A stretch of 64,000 bases of DNA, from contig JAQWLM010000121.1 of the NCBI GenBank assembly GCA_029247315.1, positions 8,620 to 72,619 of the forward strand, given 5' to 3'. This document shows positions 9,550-20,033 of this stretch, piece after piece; the stretch's first letter is position 1, and each line of letters begins with the position of its first letter. Position numbers and translations under genes: made by a program. The stretch comes from Verrucomicrobiota bacterium (GTDB lineage: Bacteria > Verrucomicrobiota > Verrucomicrobiia > Limisphaerales > AAA164-E04). Below the pieces are notes generated by a model. It searched no databases. It saw only the letters and a program-made list of their open reading frames with translations, and was not told where the DNA came from.

Positions 9550-11034
9550 TTATTGGGCATGCCTCAGGATAAACTGAACAACGCGGTCAGGTTCCGGGTG
9601 AGTAAAATGATGACCATTAGAGGAGACCGTACCCTGGGACACTCGCAGGAGTTCCATCGAGTGCCCGTGCGCTTCAAGGCGCGATTTGAGCATTAAGGTA
9701 TTCTCTTGAGGAGGGACCACCGTATCATTGTCAGAGATGATGTGCATGATAGGAATACGTTGTTCTGCAATGATATGAGCTTTTCTGAACAGATATGGTT
9801 CTTGAGGCGCGACATCCCCCTCACGCCACCCGTAGACATCGAGCAAACGACGCCAATCTCCCGGGGAGCCATTGCCTGAGCCAAGCCCTCCGGGCCAGCT
9901 TTTGGGGTCACAAACCGGTGTATCACAATAAATAGCGCTCACAGATCCGGGATGCTTCAGGGCCCAATGGTAGGCAAACAATCCACCTCGGCTGACGGCC
10001 TCAAGCACGGGCTTGGCTGACATGCGGTGCCTCTGCGTCAGATATGCATGGAGCGCATCTCCTATCTCCATGGCTGCGGGTGCACCGTAGAGGCCTGCCA
10101 CATCCACAAAGGCCAAATGAAAACCATGTCCCAGCAACTGATGATCCATTTCGGCGTGATAGCCCGGAAACCGGGCGCGCCAGACCCAGGGCCTGCCTTC
10201 AGCGGGCTGAAGCGGCGCCACTACCCAGGCCTTTTTACCCATGATCGTGAAGTGAAATCGCCTGAAACCACGCCATGAGTCCCGGTTGGGAGTGGGCCAC
10301 CTGTCCTGCAATTCTTTCCGGATACGCGAAGCGACTCGAAGAGCGATGGCACGGTAGCCCTCAGCATTGGGATGAACCCCATCTGCCTGGGTCAACAGCT
10401 CGGGACGACGTCTCAGGACAGGCCCCAGATCCATGTAACGGAGCCTTTTGGAACCCACGGCATGCACGGTCTTCTTGAGCAAGGCACGCAATTGTTCGAG
10501 ACGAGGCTGTCGCTCTCTCAAATCCTCGAGTCGTTCCGCACTCAACCCAGGGGTCTCCAAAACCATGGGTGTGGGCCCAGCAAGCCAGACAATGGGACTG
10601 GAGTCAAATTTGAGCAGGGAGTCCAACAGGTCACGGCAATCTGTTTCAAAACGACCAATCCTGGACCAGTTTTTCCTTTTGCCCTCGACCGTGTCGTTGG
10701 TTCCGAGCGCCACGACGATCACGTGGGGATCAAAAGTCTCAACAGCATCCAACTGAGACCATATGCTTGGGCTGCCTGAGCGCATCAGGGTGGCACCTCC
10801 AAGCCCAAAATTGCGCACTTCAAAGTGATTACCCAGCACCTTTCCCAACTGGGCCGGGTAGGATAGTTGATCCGATGCCACGCGCGCACCCTGAGTGATA
10901 CTATCGCCCAGGCAAGCCACACGTACTGCTTCGGAGGCGTGCCCAAGAGGCATCATCCAAAAGAGGCAGAAGCCCAGAGAAAGGCACACAGCCCTGGCAC
11001 AGAAAAAACGCGATACTATCACTTGAGATGACAT
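9550..11034 (-). CDS. Two-domain esterase: N-terminal SGNH/GDSL hydrolase + C-terminal alpha/beta hydrolase
   Basis: SGNH blocks VACLGDSITQG (I), FGLGGATL (II), VVALGTNDT (III), DGVHPN (V). The C-terminal half has a nucleophile-elbow-like AVSRGGLFAY and a late HHFTH. Signal-like N-terminus. Confidence 0.75.
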   Translation of the reverse strand: MSSQVIVSRFFCARAVCLSLGFCLFWMMPLGHASEAVRVACLGDSITQGARVASDQLSYPAQLGKVLGNHFEVRNFGLGGATLMRSGSPSIWSQLDAVETFDPHVIVVALGTNDTVEGKRKNWSRIGRFETDCRDLLDSLLKFDSSPIVWLAGPTPMVLETPGLSAERLEDLRERQPRLEQLRALLKKTVHAVGSKRLRYMDLGPVLRRRPELLTQADGVHPNAEGYRAIALRVASRIRKELQDRWPTPNRDSWRGFRRFHFTIMGKKAWVVAPLQPAEGRPWVWRARFPGYHAEMDHQLLGHGFHLAFVDVAGLYGAPAAMEIGDALHAYLTQRHRMSAKPVLEAVSRGGLFAYHWALKHPGSVSAIYCDTPVCDPKSWPGGLGSGNGSPGDWRRLLDVYGWREGDVAPQEPYLFRKAHIIAEQRIPIMHIISDNDTVVPPQENTLMLKSRLEAHGHSMELLRVSQGTVSSNGHHFTHPEPDRVVQFILRHAQ

Positions 11035-11336
11035 GAGTCCTGTTGATCCACTTTAAAAATCCAAGGCCGTGATTTATGAAGGATCACAGCCCATTGTCGA
11101 GAGAGCTTGTAGAACATAGCAGCCAGTCCCACTTGAGAAAAGGCAACACATGGGACTTTTGAAACAGGGCTCCCGACAAATGCATACCACAGCCGTGCTG
11201 TCTCACGCTGGTGCCAGTTCAGAAAACACATCCACAAGGACAAACCGGATCATCAAGAAACTGCAAATAGTTTGTCTCACGGGTTCCTCGGCTGTTTCTG
11301 GTTGTCAGCCCCCCTGCCTTCAAGCTTACTCATGAG

Positions 11337-12257
11337 GTGGAGTCCATGGGTAGAAAATCAAACCAGATTGTGGGAGGCCTGATCGCTGCCACCTTCCTGT
11401 GGGGCGGAAACAACGTTGCCACCAAGCATCTGGTCGACCATTGGCCTCCCATCTGGACAAGTTGCACCCGGTTCCTGATCTCGGGCCTGCTCTTGCTGAC
11501 CCTTGCGCGTTACACACCTTGGTTTGGAACCTTTCAACCCGTCACACCAGAGCTCAAAAAGGCCCTTTGGTGGAAAGGAAGCCTGAGTTTTACCGTTTAC
11601 ATCCTGTGCTTTATCTGGGCCCTGCGCTTCAGCACGGCGTCCAACATGGGGCTCCTCTTCGCCACGTCCCCCGTGTGGGCCTTATTGTGGGAAATCCGGC
11701 AGGTGAAACGGCCTGAGCTCATTAAGCGTCTAGCCGCTGCGACACTGACCCTCCTCGGGGTGGCCATACTCTTTCAATCCTCAGCACAAGCCGGTGAAAC
11801 AAGCTGGCTGGGCAATGGGCTTGGTTTGCTTGCGGCGATCCTTTGGACACTCTACAGCCGAGTTTGCCGAAGTTTCGGTCACCAGCTTTCAAGCGCCCAG
11901 ATCAATGGTCACAATTTTGTACGCACCTTTGTATGGCTGCTTCCGTTCGCCATTTATGATCATTTCAACGCGAATATCCCCATGAAAGCCAGCCTGTGGG
12001 CAACGCAGATATATTCCATTATCGGTGCCGGCGTGTTCGCTTTCGCATTCTGGACCAATGCCCTGAGGCATTGGCCAACCAGCAGGGTGATGCTGTTCAT
12101 CAACCTGATTCCGCTGACAACCGTCCTGTGTGGACGCTTCTTTCTGAACGAAATCGTCGGGAAATATTTCTGGTGGTCCATGATGCTCGTCATGGCGGGG
12201 GTCTTTCTAGGCCTGACAGATCTGGAAAGATTGAAAAAGAGAACCATTTCCCGATGA
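11337..12257 (+). CDS. EamA/DMT-family transporter (10-TM drug/metabolite exporter type)
   Basis: 306-aa, highly hydrophobic, with a duplicated 5-TM pattern. The N-terminus GGLIAATFLWGGNNVATK is typical of EamA repeats. The first codon is GTG; an ATG follows at 11346. Confidence 0.7.
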   Translation: MESMGRKSNQIVGGLIAATFLWGGNNVATKHLVDHWPPIWTSCTRFLISGLLLLTLARYTPWFGTFQPVTPELKKALWWKGSLSFTVYILCFIWALRFSTASNMGLLFATSPVWALLWEIRQVKRPELIKRLAAATLTLLGVAILFQSSAQAGETSWLGNGLGLLAAILWTLYSRVCRSFGHQLSSAQINGHNFVRTFVWLLPFAIYDHFNANIPMKASLWATQIYSIIGAGVFAFAFWTNALRHWPTSRVMLFINLIPLTTVLCGRFFLNEIVGKYFWWSMMLVMAGVFLGLTDLERLKKRTISR

Positions 12258-12441
12258 GGAAATCTGGACTTTCCAACCAGAGGGTTGAGGCAACCATCAC
12301 GAGGTAAATGGGGCAGACGCAATTATTTCGAGCCTGCACGATGTCATACCCATCCCTGCTTCCGGTAAAATCAGTATTCTCAAGAACAAGCCCCAAGAGG
12401 TATTTCAACACAAAAACCGGGAAACCTGCAGGCTTGCGCAG

Positions 12442-12465
12442 AACAGGAGTCTCCGCCTGTTTTTT
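12442..12465 (+). terminator. Weak candidate terminator in the EamA 3' region
   Basis: aacagg(12442-12447)-agtctccg-cctgtt(12456-12461) followed by tttt. Only a 6-bp stem, about 185 nt after the stop. Confidence 0.25.
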
Positions 12466-12711
12466 AGCTTTCAACCTCATAATTATCAGGTAACAGCAGA
12501 GACTCGCCACAAACTCTCTTGACTGATATATCTTGAAACAATGTCTACTCAGCCTAAATCGAAGCCGAATCCTGACCAGACATCGACCCGGAAGGCAAAC
12601 TGCGTCAGCTGGAATTGATGGGGCGACGGCCAGTCTTTGAGATTTGGACCAATGGTAGATTGACATCCTCCTTTATAATTTGAATCGTTCAACCAACAGG
12701 AAGACACATTC

Positions 12712-15700
12712 ATGAATCCAAAGGTAATCCCATTGATTCTTTCCATGCTTGTGAGCGGAAAGGCGGAGACCCAACAAATCCAATCGAAGGATCCATTTGT
12801 CGAAACAGGATCCTTTCGGCATCACCCTGCAATCCATATGGAGCTGGTCGCAATGGAACCCGATGTGGTGGATCCAGTGGCAGCTTCCTTTGGCGCCGAT
12901 GGAAGCATGTACGTCGTCGAGATGCGGGATTACCCCTACGGTCAGGGACCGACAGGGTCACCGGGAGGCACCATCCGCAAACTGCTACTGGATGGTGAAG
13001 GCAGGCTTAGATCAAGCCACTTGTTTGCCACCGGATTGAGTTTTCCAACATCCATCGCGTGCTACCGCGAAGGTATCCTTGTCGCTGCAAAGGACCTGAT
13101 CTACCTGGCGGACACGGACGGAGATCACCTGGCAGATGTTCGACAAGTCGTGCTCACTGGTTTCAACCAAAAGGTCACCGACAGTAATTTCAACGGACTG
13201 AGGTGGGGCATCGATAATCGACTTCATGGTGTGAATGGCGGCAATGATGGGCATATCCATGAACCAGGCAAGCCCGAAAGGGGCCTGTCCCTCAACGGGG
13301 CAGATTTCACCTGGGATCCATGGAATCAAAGGACTGCAAGATCCTACCACACTGGGGGAGGTTTCGGGCTCGTGTTTGACGATTATGGACGAAGCTTTAC
13401 CACCCACAACATCAACCATATGCTACAGCGTATCCTGCCTGTGGAAGCCATGGAACGCTTCAGGGGATTCCCAGCCCTCCATGCCACTGTGAATATTTCG
13501 AACCATGGAGCAATGGCTCGGATTTATACCATTTCAAAGGCCGAAACGCGGGTCAACCATCCTGAGCAGGCGGGTTTCTTCAGCTCCTCCGGGGGCATGG
13601 GTATCCTACCTGAAACCTTCCGTCACGGCGATCTGGCGGGAGACCTGCTGGTGTGCGATGTGGTGGGGAACCTGGTGCACCGAGACGTCCTTCACGGCCA
13701 TGGCCCCACTTTCGAGGCCAGGCGGGCACCCGAGGAGAAAACCCGGGAATTCATCGCAAGCAAGGACAATGCCTTCCGCCCGGTGGGACTGGAACCCGGC
13801 CCAGACGGATGCCTCTACCTGATGGACATGCAGCGGTCCGTCATTGAACACCCCGATTACATACCATCGCAGATCAAGGGACGCTACGACATACGCGGAG
13901 GTCAGGATCGTGGACGTATTTACCGTATACGTCCAACCGGCACGGAAGCCATCCAGACCAGGGACCTGGCTTCCATGTCCAGCACCTCCCTCATTCCCCT
14001 GCTCGGGGAACCAAACCGTTGGAGCCGCATCACCGCCCAACGCCTGCTGCTTGAACGTCAGGACATCGGAAAACGGTCAAAATGGAAGGGTGCAAGGAAT
14101 TCAAGCAACCCCCTGCTGCGCATGCATTCCCTCTGGGTCATGCATGGGCTCAACCTGCTGCAGCCCGAAGACATCCTGCGGACCCTTGAGGATACACACC
14201 CGGGTCTACGCAGCCAAGCCATGCGGCTACTCTGGGATCACCCCGAATGGTGGAACCAGTTATGGACAAAGATACAGGCACTAGCCTGGGACAACGATCC
14301 GATGGTTCGCTTTGAAACGGCACTGATGCTGGGAAACCACCCTCACCCGGACAACCACCTCGCCTTGATGCATATCATGCGATTGGACAAGGCACGCGTC
14401 TGGTCCCGCAGAGCGGTCCTGACCTCTCTGCGGACGAGTCCATCGCTTTTTCTTGCCGGAGGGTGGAGACACATCCATGCGGAAAGATCCACGCCCCGCG
14501 CCATCATGCAGACCACGGAGAGGCATAATATGCTTGGCCTCGAGGAAATAGCTTATCTTGCCGGGGCACGCCTGGATTCCGAGTCATGCATCGACCTGAA
14601 AAAAATACTTGAGCTTAACGAGCGCGAATCTGCAACGATCGACCCAGAGGCATTCAGGGTGATTTTGGCAGGTATCAAGCGTGGGGCCGAGCGTGTTTCA
14701 CTTGGATCGTACGAACGCACGCTGCTGAAGCCGGTTCTTGAGTCGATCGCCAGGCACAAGTCCCTGCCCCTGCGCAAGGAGGTCTGGGCCCTGAGCCAGA
14801 CACTCGGTTTTAAGACATTACCGGGTTTTGAGGTCACCTTGAAAGAGGCTCTGATCAGGGCACTTGATAACAAGGAGGATCCTAGCGAACGCGTGTTGGC
14901 TATCGAGCTGGCCGGGCTGGGTTCCTTTGCGCAGTCCGGCAAAACCCTGATTGGCTTGCTCAAGGGACTGGAACCAATGAAAATCCAGGAATCCGCCCTC
15001 AAGCAAATGGCAAGCTATTCAAGCCTGGACATTGCCCATGGCATCATTGAACGCTGGCGTGAAATCGGACCAGGGTTGCGGCCCATGGCCATTGAACTTC
15101 TCTTGAGAAGAAAGGATTTTCACCTTCCACTGATTCAGGCCATTGAGAATGGGGACGTGAAACTGGGGGAACTCAACCTGGACCTGGAACAACGACGCCT
15201 GCTCAGGCGGTATGGCAGGGGTGATGTCAAGAAGCGCGCTGCCGCCCTTTTTGGTGACGAAGAATACAGCAATCGTAAGGACCTTCTGGATGATTGGCTT
15301 CAAAACATGCCGAGTCAAGGCAGGGGCCAACATGGGGCAGTCATCTTTAAGGAACAATGCGCCCCATGTCACCGCTCCGGCGACATGGGAATGGCGGTTG
15401 GCCCGGACCTCACAGACATGTCCCATCGCAGCGTGGAGGATCTCGCCTTCAACATTCTGGATCCGAATATGGCCATTAACCCTTCCTACGTGGCTTATGA
15501 AGCCGAGACAGAGGATGGAGAACTCCTCACGGGTATCGTGACAGCCCAGACGCCAGAATCCATCTCACTCCTCCTGCCTCAAGGGATCAACCGCGAGCTT
15601 CCACGAGATCAATTGGTCACTTTCCGCTCGGGAGGCCTCTCCTTGATGCCGGAAGGTCTTGAGGAACGCCTGACTCCACAACAACTCAGAGACCTGATCA

Positions 15701-15723
15701 GTTTCCTCCAGGAAAAGCCATGA
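12712..15723 (+). CDS. PVC-type membrane-bound-dehydrogenase-domain / HEAT-repeat / C-terminal heme-binding CxxCH protein
   Basis: 1003 aa. N-terminal sorbosone/glucose-dehydrogenase-like propeller (FGADGSMYVVEMRDYPYG, VAAKDLIYLADTDGDHLAD, PDGCLYLMDMQRSVIEHPDY, GRIYRI). Central HEAT-like repeats (DPMVRFETALMLG). C-terminal cytochrome c motif FKEQCAPCH (TGC..CAC at 15358-15372) and LMPEGL. This architecture is characteristic of Planctomycetes/Verrucomicrobia. Confidence 0.8.
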   Translation: MNPKVIPLILSMLVSGKAETQQIQSKDPFVETGSFRHHPAIHMELVAMEPDVVDPVAASFGADGSMYVVEMRDYPYGQGPTGSPGGTIRKLLLDGEGRLRSSHLFATGLSFPTSIACYREGILVAAKDLIYLADTDGDHLADVRQVVLTGFNQKVTDSNFNGLRWGIDNRLHGVNGGNDGHIHEPGKPERGLSLNGADFTWDPWNQRTARSYHTGGGFGLVFDDYGRSFTTHNINHMLQRILPVEAMERFRGFPALHATVNISNHGAMARIYTISKAETRVNHPEQAGFFSSSGGMGILPETFRHGDLAGDLLVCDVVGNLVHRDVLHGHGPTFEARRAPEEKTREFIASKDNAFRPVGLEPGPDGCLYLMDMQRSVIEHPDYIPSQIKGRYDIRGGQDRGRIYRIRPTGTEAIQTRDLASMSSTSLIPLLGEPNRWSRITAQRLLLERQDIGKRSKWKGARNSSNPLLRMHSLWVMHGLNLLQPEDILRTLEDTHPGLRSQAMRLLWDHPEWWNQLWTKIQALAWDNDPMVRFETALMLGNHPHPDNHLALMHIMRLDKARVWSRRAVLTSLRTSPSLFLAGGWRHIHAERSTPRAIMQTTERHNMLGLEEIAYLAGARLDSESCIDLKKILELNERESATIDPEAFRVILAGIKRGAERVSLGSYERTLLKPVLESIARHKSLPLRKEVWALSQTLGFKTLPGFEVTLKEALIRALDNKEDPSERVLAIELAGLGSFAQSGKTLIGLLKGLEPMKIQESALKQMASYSSLDIAHGIIERWREIGPGLRPMAIELLLRRKDFHLPLIQAIENGDVKLGELNLDLEQRRLLRRYGRGDVKKRAAALFGDEEYSNRKDLLDDWLQNMPSQGRGQHGAVIFKEQCAPCHRSGDMGMAVGPDLTDMSHRSVEDLAFNILDPNMAINPSYVAYEAETEDGELLTGIVTAQTPESISLLLPQGINRELPRDQLVTFRSGGLSLMPEGLEERLTPQQLRDLISFLQEKP

Positions 15724-15778
15724 ACCTGCATTCGCACGGCCAGAGTCAGGCTTTTGCCACCCCTACGGGGCTCTTTAA

Positions 15779-17140
15779 TCAGGGAACCACTCCCAGCCAG
15801 CGCATGGCCATGGTGGCGAAGCCCAGAAAAAAGAGAAAACCTGCCAGGTCCGTGATGGTGGTAATAAAGATACTCGAAGCCATGGCGGGATCGACCTTCA
15901 GGAATTTGAGTGAAAAAGGAATCATCACTCCTGCCAATCCGGCCACAAGATGAGTCAGGATCATCGCGGAGCATGCTACAAGACTCAATGCGATACTTCC
16001 CTTCCATAGATACGCCACCAAGCCAACAGCCAACCCGATAGCCAGGCCATTAGCAATTCCTAGAAAAAGTTCCTTGAGGAGAGCTCGACGCCCATCCCCT
16101 CGAGTGATCTCTCCCAATGCCATGTCACGAATGATCACGGTCAATGTCTGCATGCCCGCATTGCCCCCCTGTCCCGCTACCACGGGAAGGAAGATGGCCA
16201 ATGCCGTCCAATGGGCAATGGTGGATTCATAGAAGGCAATCACCGCCGCCGCGGCAAAAGCCGTCACCAAGTTCACATACAACCAGGGCAGGCGCCCTGG
16301 GAGCGACTTACGCCAAGGAGTCAACACACGTTCTTCTCCCGACAAACCCACCATAAGCTGCATATCCTCGGTAGCCTCTTCACGCGCAATTTCCAACACA
16401 TCACTGGCCTTTACCACCCCAACGACACGATCCTGTTGGTCCAGGACTGGAAGCGCCAGATAGTGATAGTGCGCAAATTGCCTGGATATTTCCTCTTGAT
16501 CATCTGTCACCCGAAGAAAAGTCACACTCTCCTGCATGATATCGGCTACCTTCTTATGGGGGGAACCGAAAACAAGGTCACGAAAACTGGCAACACCCCT
16601 TAATCGTTGATCATGATCAACCACGTATAAATAGGAAATATCCTCGGTTGAAAACTGGGCTGTGCGGCGTAACTGTTGCTGAGAGGATTCAATGGTTTCG
16701 TCCATGGCAAGCGCTATGAACCGGTCACTCATGATACCCCCAGCGGTGTCCTCTTCATACTGAAGAAGGGCCTGCACAGGCACCGAGACATCATCAGGCA
16801 ACTGTTCAAGAACTGTTCGCTGGAGTGAGTCGTCAAGTTCACCCAGCAAGTCTGTGGTGTCGTTGTGTTCAAGCTTCTGGAAAAGGTCCGCCAGTTCCAG
16901 CTCACTGAACTCCTGCAACAACTCAGCCTTGATTTCATCCTCAAGCTCTGCGAGAGCCTCCCCAGCCAGCGGCGCTGGAAGTGTTCGGAGAATATCCGCA
17001 ACCTGATCCAGCGGCATACGTTGAATGCGATCAGCAATGTCCGCTGGGTGGAGTTGCTGCAGATCCCCCGAAAAAATGGTTGCAAGATTATCCATGGCGA
17101 AGAGAACGGATCCTAGAAAACGTGCAAGGCGACACTGCAC
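15779..17140 (-). CDS. mgtE: Magnesium transporter MgtE
   Basis: MgtE N-domain (HPADIADRIQRMPLDQVADILRTL), CBS pair (IMSDRFIALAMDETI, IMQESVTFLRVTDDQEE, LPVLDQQDRVVGVV) and a TM domain with VVAGQGGNAGMQTLTVIIRDMALGEI. The longest ORF starts at GTG 17140; ATG 17095 (MDNLATIF) is an alternative. Confidence 0.9.
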   Translation of the reverse strand: MQCRLARFLGSVLFAMDNLATIFSGDLQQLHPADIADRIQRMPLDQVADILRTLPAPLAGEALAELEDEIKAELLQEFSELELADLFQKLEHNDTTDLLGELDDSLQRTVLEQLPDDVSVPVQALLQYEEDTAGGIMSDRFIALAMDETIESSQQQLRRTAQFSTEDISYLYVVDHDQRLRGVASFRDLVFGSPHKKVADIMQESVTFLRVTDDQEEISRQFAHYHYLALPVLDQQDRVVGVVKASDVLEIAREEATEDMQLMVGLSGEERVLTPWRKSLPGRLPWLYVNLVTAFAAAAVIAFYESTIAHWTALAIFLPVVAGQGGNAGMQTLTVIIRDMALGEITRGDGRRALLKELFLGIANGLAIGLAVGLVAYLWKGSIALSLVACSAMILTHLVAGLAGVMIPFSLKFLKVDPAMASSIFITTITDLAGFLFFLGFATMAMRWLGVVP

Positions 17141-17284
17141 CTTGAGAAGGCGGACATCACGAGTGCATCAAGCTCGATCGGGATGCCGGTGTCGAGCATA
17201 AAGATCCCAGTCCATTTACAAAGCCATTTCCGGGCGGGCCACTTCACCGGACGGACATCAACGTCTTTCGTTGATGAGTCATTG

Positions 17285-17324
17285 TAAAAGGAAAACCCCG
17301 AACGGAAAAAGATTCCGTTCGGGG
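17285..17324 (-). terminator. Rho-independent terminator of the SOD gene
   Basis: 11-bp perfect stem ccccgaacgga (17296-17306) / tccgttcgggg (17314-17324) with a 7-nt loop. On the minus strand it is followed by UUUUCCUUUU (17285-17295). It lies about 25 nt after the stop at 17349. Confidence 0.85.
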
Positions 17325-17348
17325 CGTATTTAAAGTAATCAGGGACTC

Positions 17349-17966
17349 CTAAGCCTTGGCAGCCTCGTAGTTTTGGCCAGCTGCATTCCAGTCAACCACG
17401 TGCCACCACGATTTGAGATAATCCGGACGCCGATTCTGGTAATTCAGGTAGTAAGCGTGTTCCCAGACATCACAAGCAATCACGGGTTTACCTGAACCAT
17501 CCATCAGGGGACTGTCCTGGTTGGGTGTGGAGACAATTTCAAGCTGGCCATCGTTATTAACGATCAACCACACCCAGCCACTGCCAAATCGACCAAGACC
17601 AGCAGCTTCAAATTTTCCCTTGAAGGCATCAAAACCACCAAAGGCAGCTTGAATAGCCTCGCCAAGTACGCCCGCCGGTTCCCCGCCACCATTGGGTCCC
17701 ATGATCGACCAGAAGAGGGTGTGATTTGCATGACCGCCACCGTTGTTACGGACAGCACCCCTTATGTTTTCCGGGACATCTTCCAGGTTTGCAATCAGGT
17801 CCTTGATATCCTTTGAGGCCAGGGCGTCATGTCCTTCCAAGGCACCATTTAATTTGGTAACGTAAGTGTTATGATGCTTGCCATGATGAATCTCCATGGT
17901 CTTGGAGTCGATATGAGGCTCAAGCGCATCAGCGGCATAAGCCAGACTAGGTAATTCGTAAGCCAT
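17349..17966 (-). CDS. sodA: Fe/Mn-family superoxide dismutase, Mn-type by motif
   Basis: [45 protein letters not shown] (the G-G-H-x-N-H form is typical of Mn-SOD), [17 protein letters not shown]. Confidence 0.92.
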   Translation of the reverse strand: MAYELPSLAYAADALEPHIDSKTMEIHHGKHHNTYVTKLNGALEGHDALASKDIKDLIANLEDVPENIRGAVRNNGGGHANHTLFWSIMGPNGGGEPAGVLGEAIQAAFGGFDAFKGKFEAAGLGRFGSGWVWLIVNNDGQLEIVSTPNQDSPLMDGSGKPVIACDVWEHAYYLNYQNRRPDYLKSWWHVVDWNAAGQNYEAAKA

Positions 17967-18920
17967 AGTGTTTTAATGTAGATAAGTGTGGTCAATCGCT
18001 TCAGATGACACGTATGCAAACGCATCTTCCATACTCCGAACATAAACATGTTCAGCCATAAAAACAAGAGAAGATCATTTTCAAGCACAGATGACGGTTT
18101 CCGAGTTTTTATGCCAGATAAGACGCCACTGACTCTCAGATGTTGGAAGTTTGTCTTGATTGGCACCAGAACCATCTCCCCGCATCACGCTGGGCTTGAA
18201 ATCGAATTTAAAGACCGCAGCATGATCCCTTGGAATTTGCTCGCGTCGAAGGAATTACCATCCCAAAAAGCAAATTCATGTGCCAAGGCACCCAGCTGAA
18301 AAAAACCGTTTACAATACGGTGTACTTTTGGCGTTGTTAAAACTTGAAGATCTTTCCTGGCATTCCAAAATGGCTTATCGATAAAAAACGCACAAGGTGG
18401 GTGTTTTACCTGTCATCTGTTGATGCTGCCTGAGAGCACGAAAAGGAAAATACGTGAAAGGACAAACCAAACCCATCCTTGGCCACAGCATGCCACTGGC
18501 TTCAACCAGAAGCCGGCATTCAGCAGTCATTGAACATTGCGGAGATGTGACATGCCTCCTCATCTGATCTTGAAAAGGAACGGGCAACGGCACTGCCCAG
18601 AAAAGCACAAAGTGCCTTACTCCCCATGACCTGGACTGGGAAAAGTTTCAAAGCGCCAGCATCAAGGAAACCGATGAGAGGACCAGAGCATCTGCAATGC
18701 AAATGATACCTTAGTGAGATCCTTATTTGCGATATTTAAAAAAATTCCGTGTGGGACAGCATCACTCAGAGATGGATAAGGAAGGGGACATATTTCAAGG
18801 AGGTCCAAAAACACTATCAGGTTGATCATGGCTCGGTGATCTGGAACCACCGCGATCTTGCAATTAAACTCGTAGATTGGAATCAATGCTGCTACAAGGC
18901 TCCGCTGGAAGGATTTTCAC

Positions 18921-20033
18921 ATGGCATTTATATACAACGAAAACCAGTTGCGGGATATTTCTACCCGGTTTCATATCTATGGCGAAATCCTGCATGCCGA
19001 GGCGTGCAAGATTGGTCACATCAATGAAACCTACACGGCCACCTACGGCCAAGGAGGCAACGAGGTCCGCTATATTCATCAAAAAATAAACGGGAACGTT
19101 TTCAAAAAGCCCGTGCAGGTGATGGAAAATGTAAACCGCGTCACACAGCATATTCGAAAAAAACTGGTGGACATGGGTGAGGATCATGTCACGCGCAGAG
19201 TCCTGATTATCATACCCGCTCGTGATGGAAAATGCTATTACCGTGACCCTGAGGGACATTATTGGCGCACCTTTGTCTTCATCGAAAATATTCGCACATA
19301 CGAATCCGTGGGATCGAGCAACCAGGCCTTCCAGGCAGGTAAAGCATTTGGAAAATTTGTCCATTTCCTGGCGGACATGAAAAATCCCCGTCTCCACGAG
19401 ACCATCCCATCCTTCCACAACGTGCGTCAGCGATTCGAAACCTTCCTTGAGGCACTCGATCAGGATCGATTCAACCGTGCCAGCCCTATCAGCAAGGAAA
19501 TTGACTTTTTTAAGAGAAAGGAAGGGATCGTTCGAAAACTGGAAAAAGCGATTCAATCTGGAGGCATCCCCGAACGCATCACCCATAATGACACGAAATT
19601 CAATAATGTGCTCCTCGATATTGAGACTGGCAAGGAACAATGCGTGGTCGACCTGGATACAGTCATGCCCGGGAACATTCTCTATGATTTCGGGGACATG
19701 GTTCGAACAACAACCAGCCCAACCATGGAGGACGAACTGGACCTTAGCAAGGTTCGCGTGCGCATGCCGCTGTTTAAATCCCTGGCAAAGGGCTACTTGG
19801 AAGCAACCCGGGAAATGCTAACCAAAAAAGAAAAACAGATGATCGCTTTCTCGGGAAAATTGATGACCTTCACGATCGGTTTGCGCTTCCTGACCGATTA
19901 TTTGTCAGGAGACACTTATTTCAGGGTACACCGGCCTGAACACAATCTGGATCGCACACGGACGCAGATAAAACTCGTCCAATCCATTGAACATCAAGAA
20001 GAAAAGATGCAAGCCTTTGTAGATGGTCTTTGA
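18921..20033 (+). CDS. APH-fold phosphotransferase (aminoglycoside-phosphotransferase superfamily; sugar/hexosamine-kinase-like)
   Basis: 370 aa. Brenner-type catalytic loop ITHNDTKFNNVLLD, metal-binding VVDLDTVMPG and N-lobe GHINETYTATY. The substrate cannot be read from the sequence. Confidence 0.65.
   Translation: MAFIYNENQLRDISTRFHIYGEILHAEACKIGHINETYTATYGQGGNEVRYIHQKINGNVFKKPVQVMENVNRVTQHIRKKLVDMGEDHVTRRVLIIIPARDGKCYYRDPEGHYWRTFVFIENIRTYESVGSSNQAFQAGKAFGKFVHFLADMKNPRLHETIPSFHNVRQRFETFLEALDQDRFNRASPISKEIDFFKRKEGIVRKLEKAIQSGGIPERITHNDTKFNNVLLDIETGKEQCVVDLDTVMPGNILYDFGDMVRTTTSPTMEDELDLSKVRVRMPLFKSLAKGYLEATREMLTKKEKQMIAFSGKLMTFTIGLRFLTDYLSGDTYFRVHRPEHNLDRTRTQIKLVQSIEHQEEKMQAFVDGL

Noticed and set aside
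12190-12666. 158-aa minus-strand ORF in the EamA / PVC-dehydrogenase spacer
   Set aside because: It overlaps the 3' end of the EamA gene. The translation is Cys/Arg/Leu-rich and not protein-like. I treat the 12258-12711 spacer as non-coding.
18864-19640. 258-aa minus-strand ORF
   Set aside because: It is antisense to the kinase-like gene, which has an intact HNDTKFNN catalytic loop. The ORF itself has no motifs.
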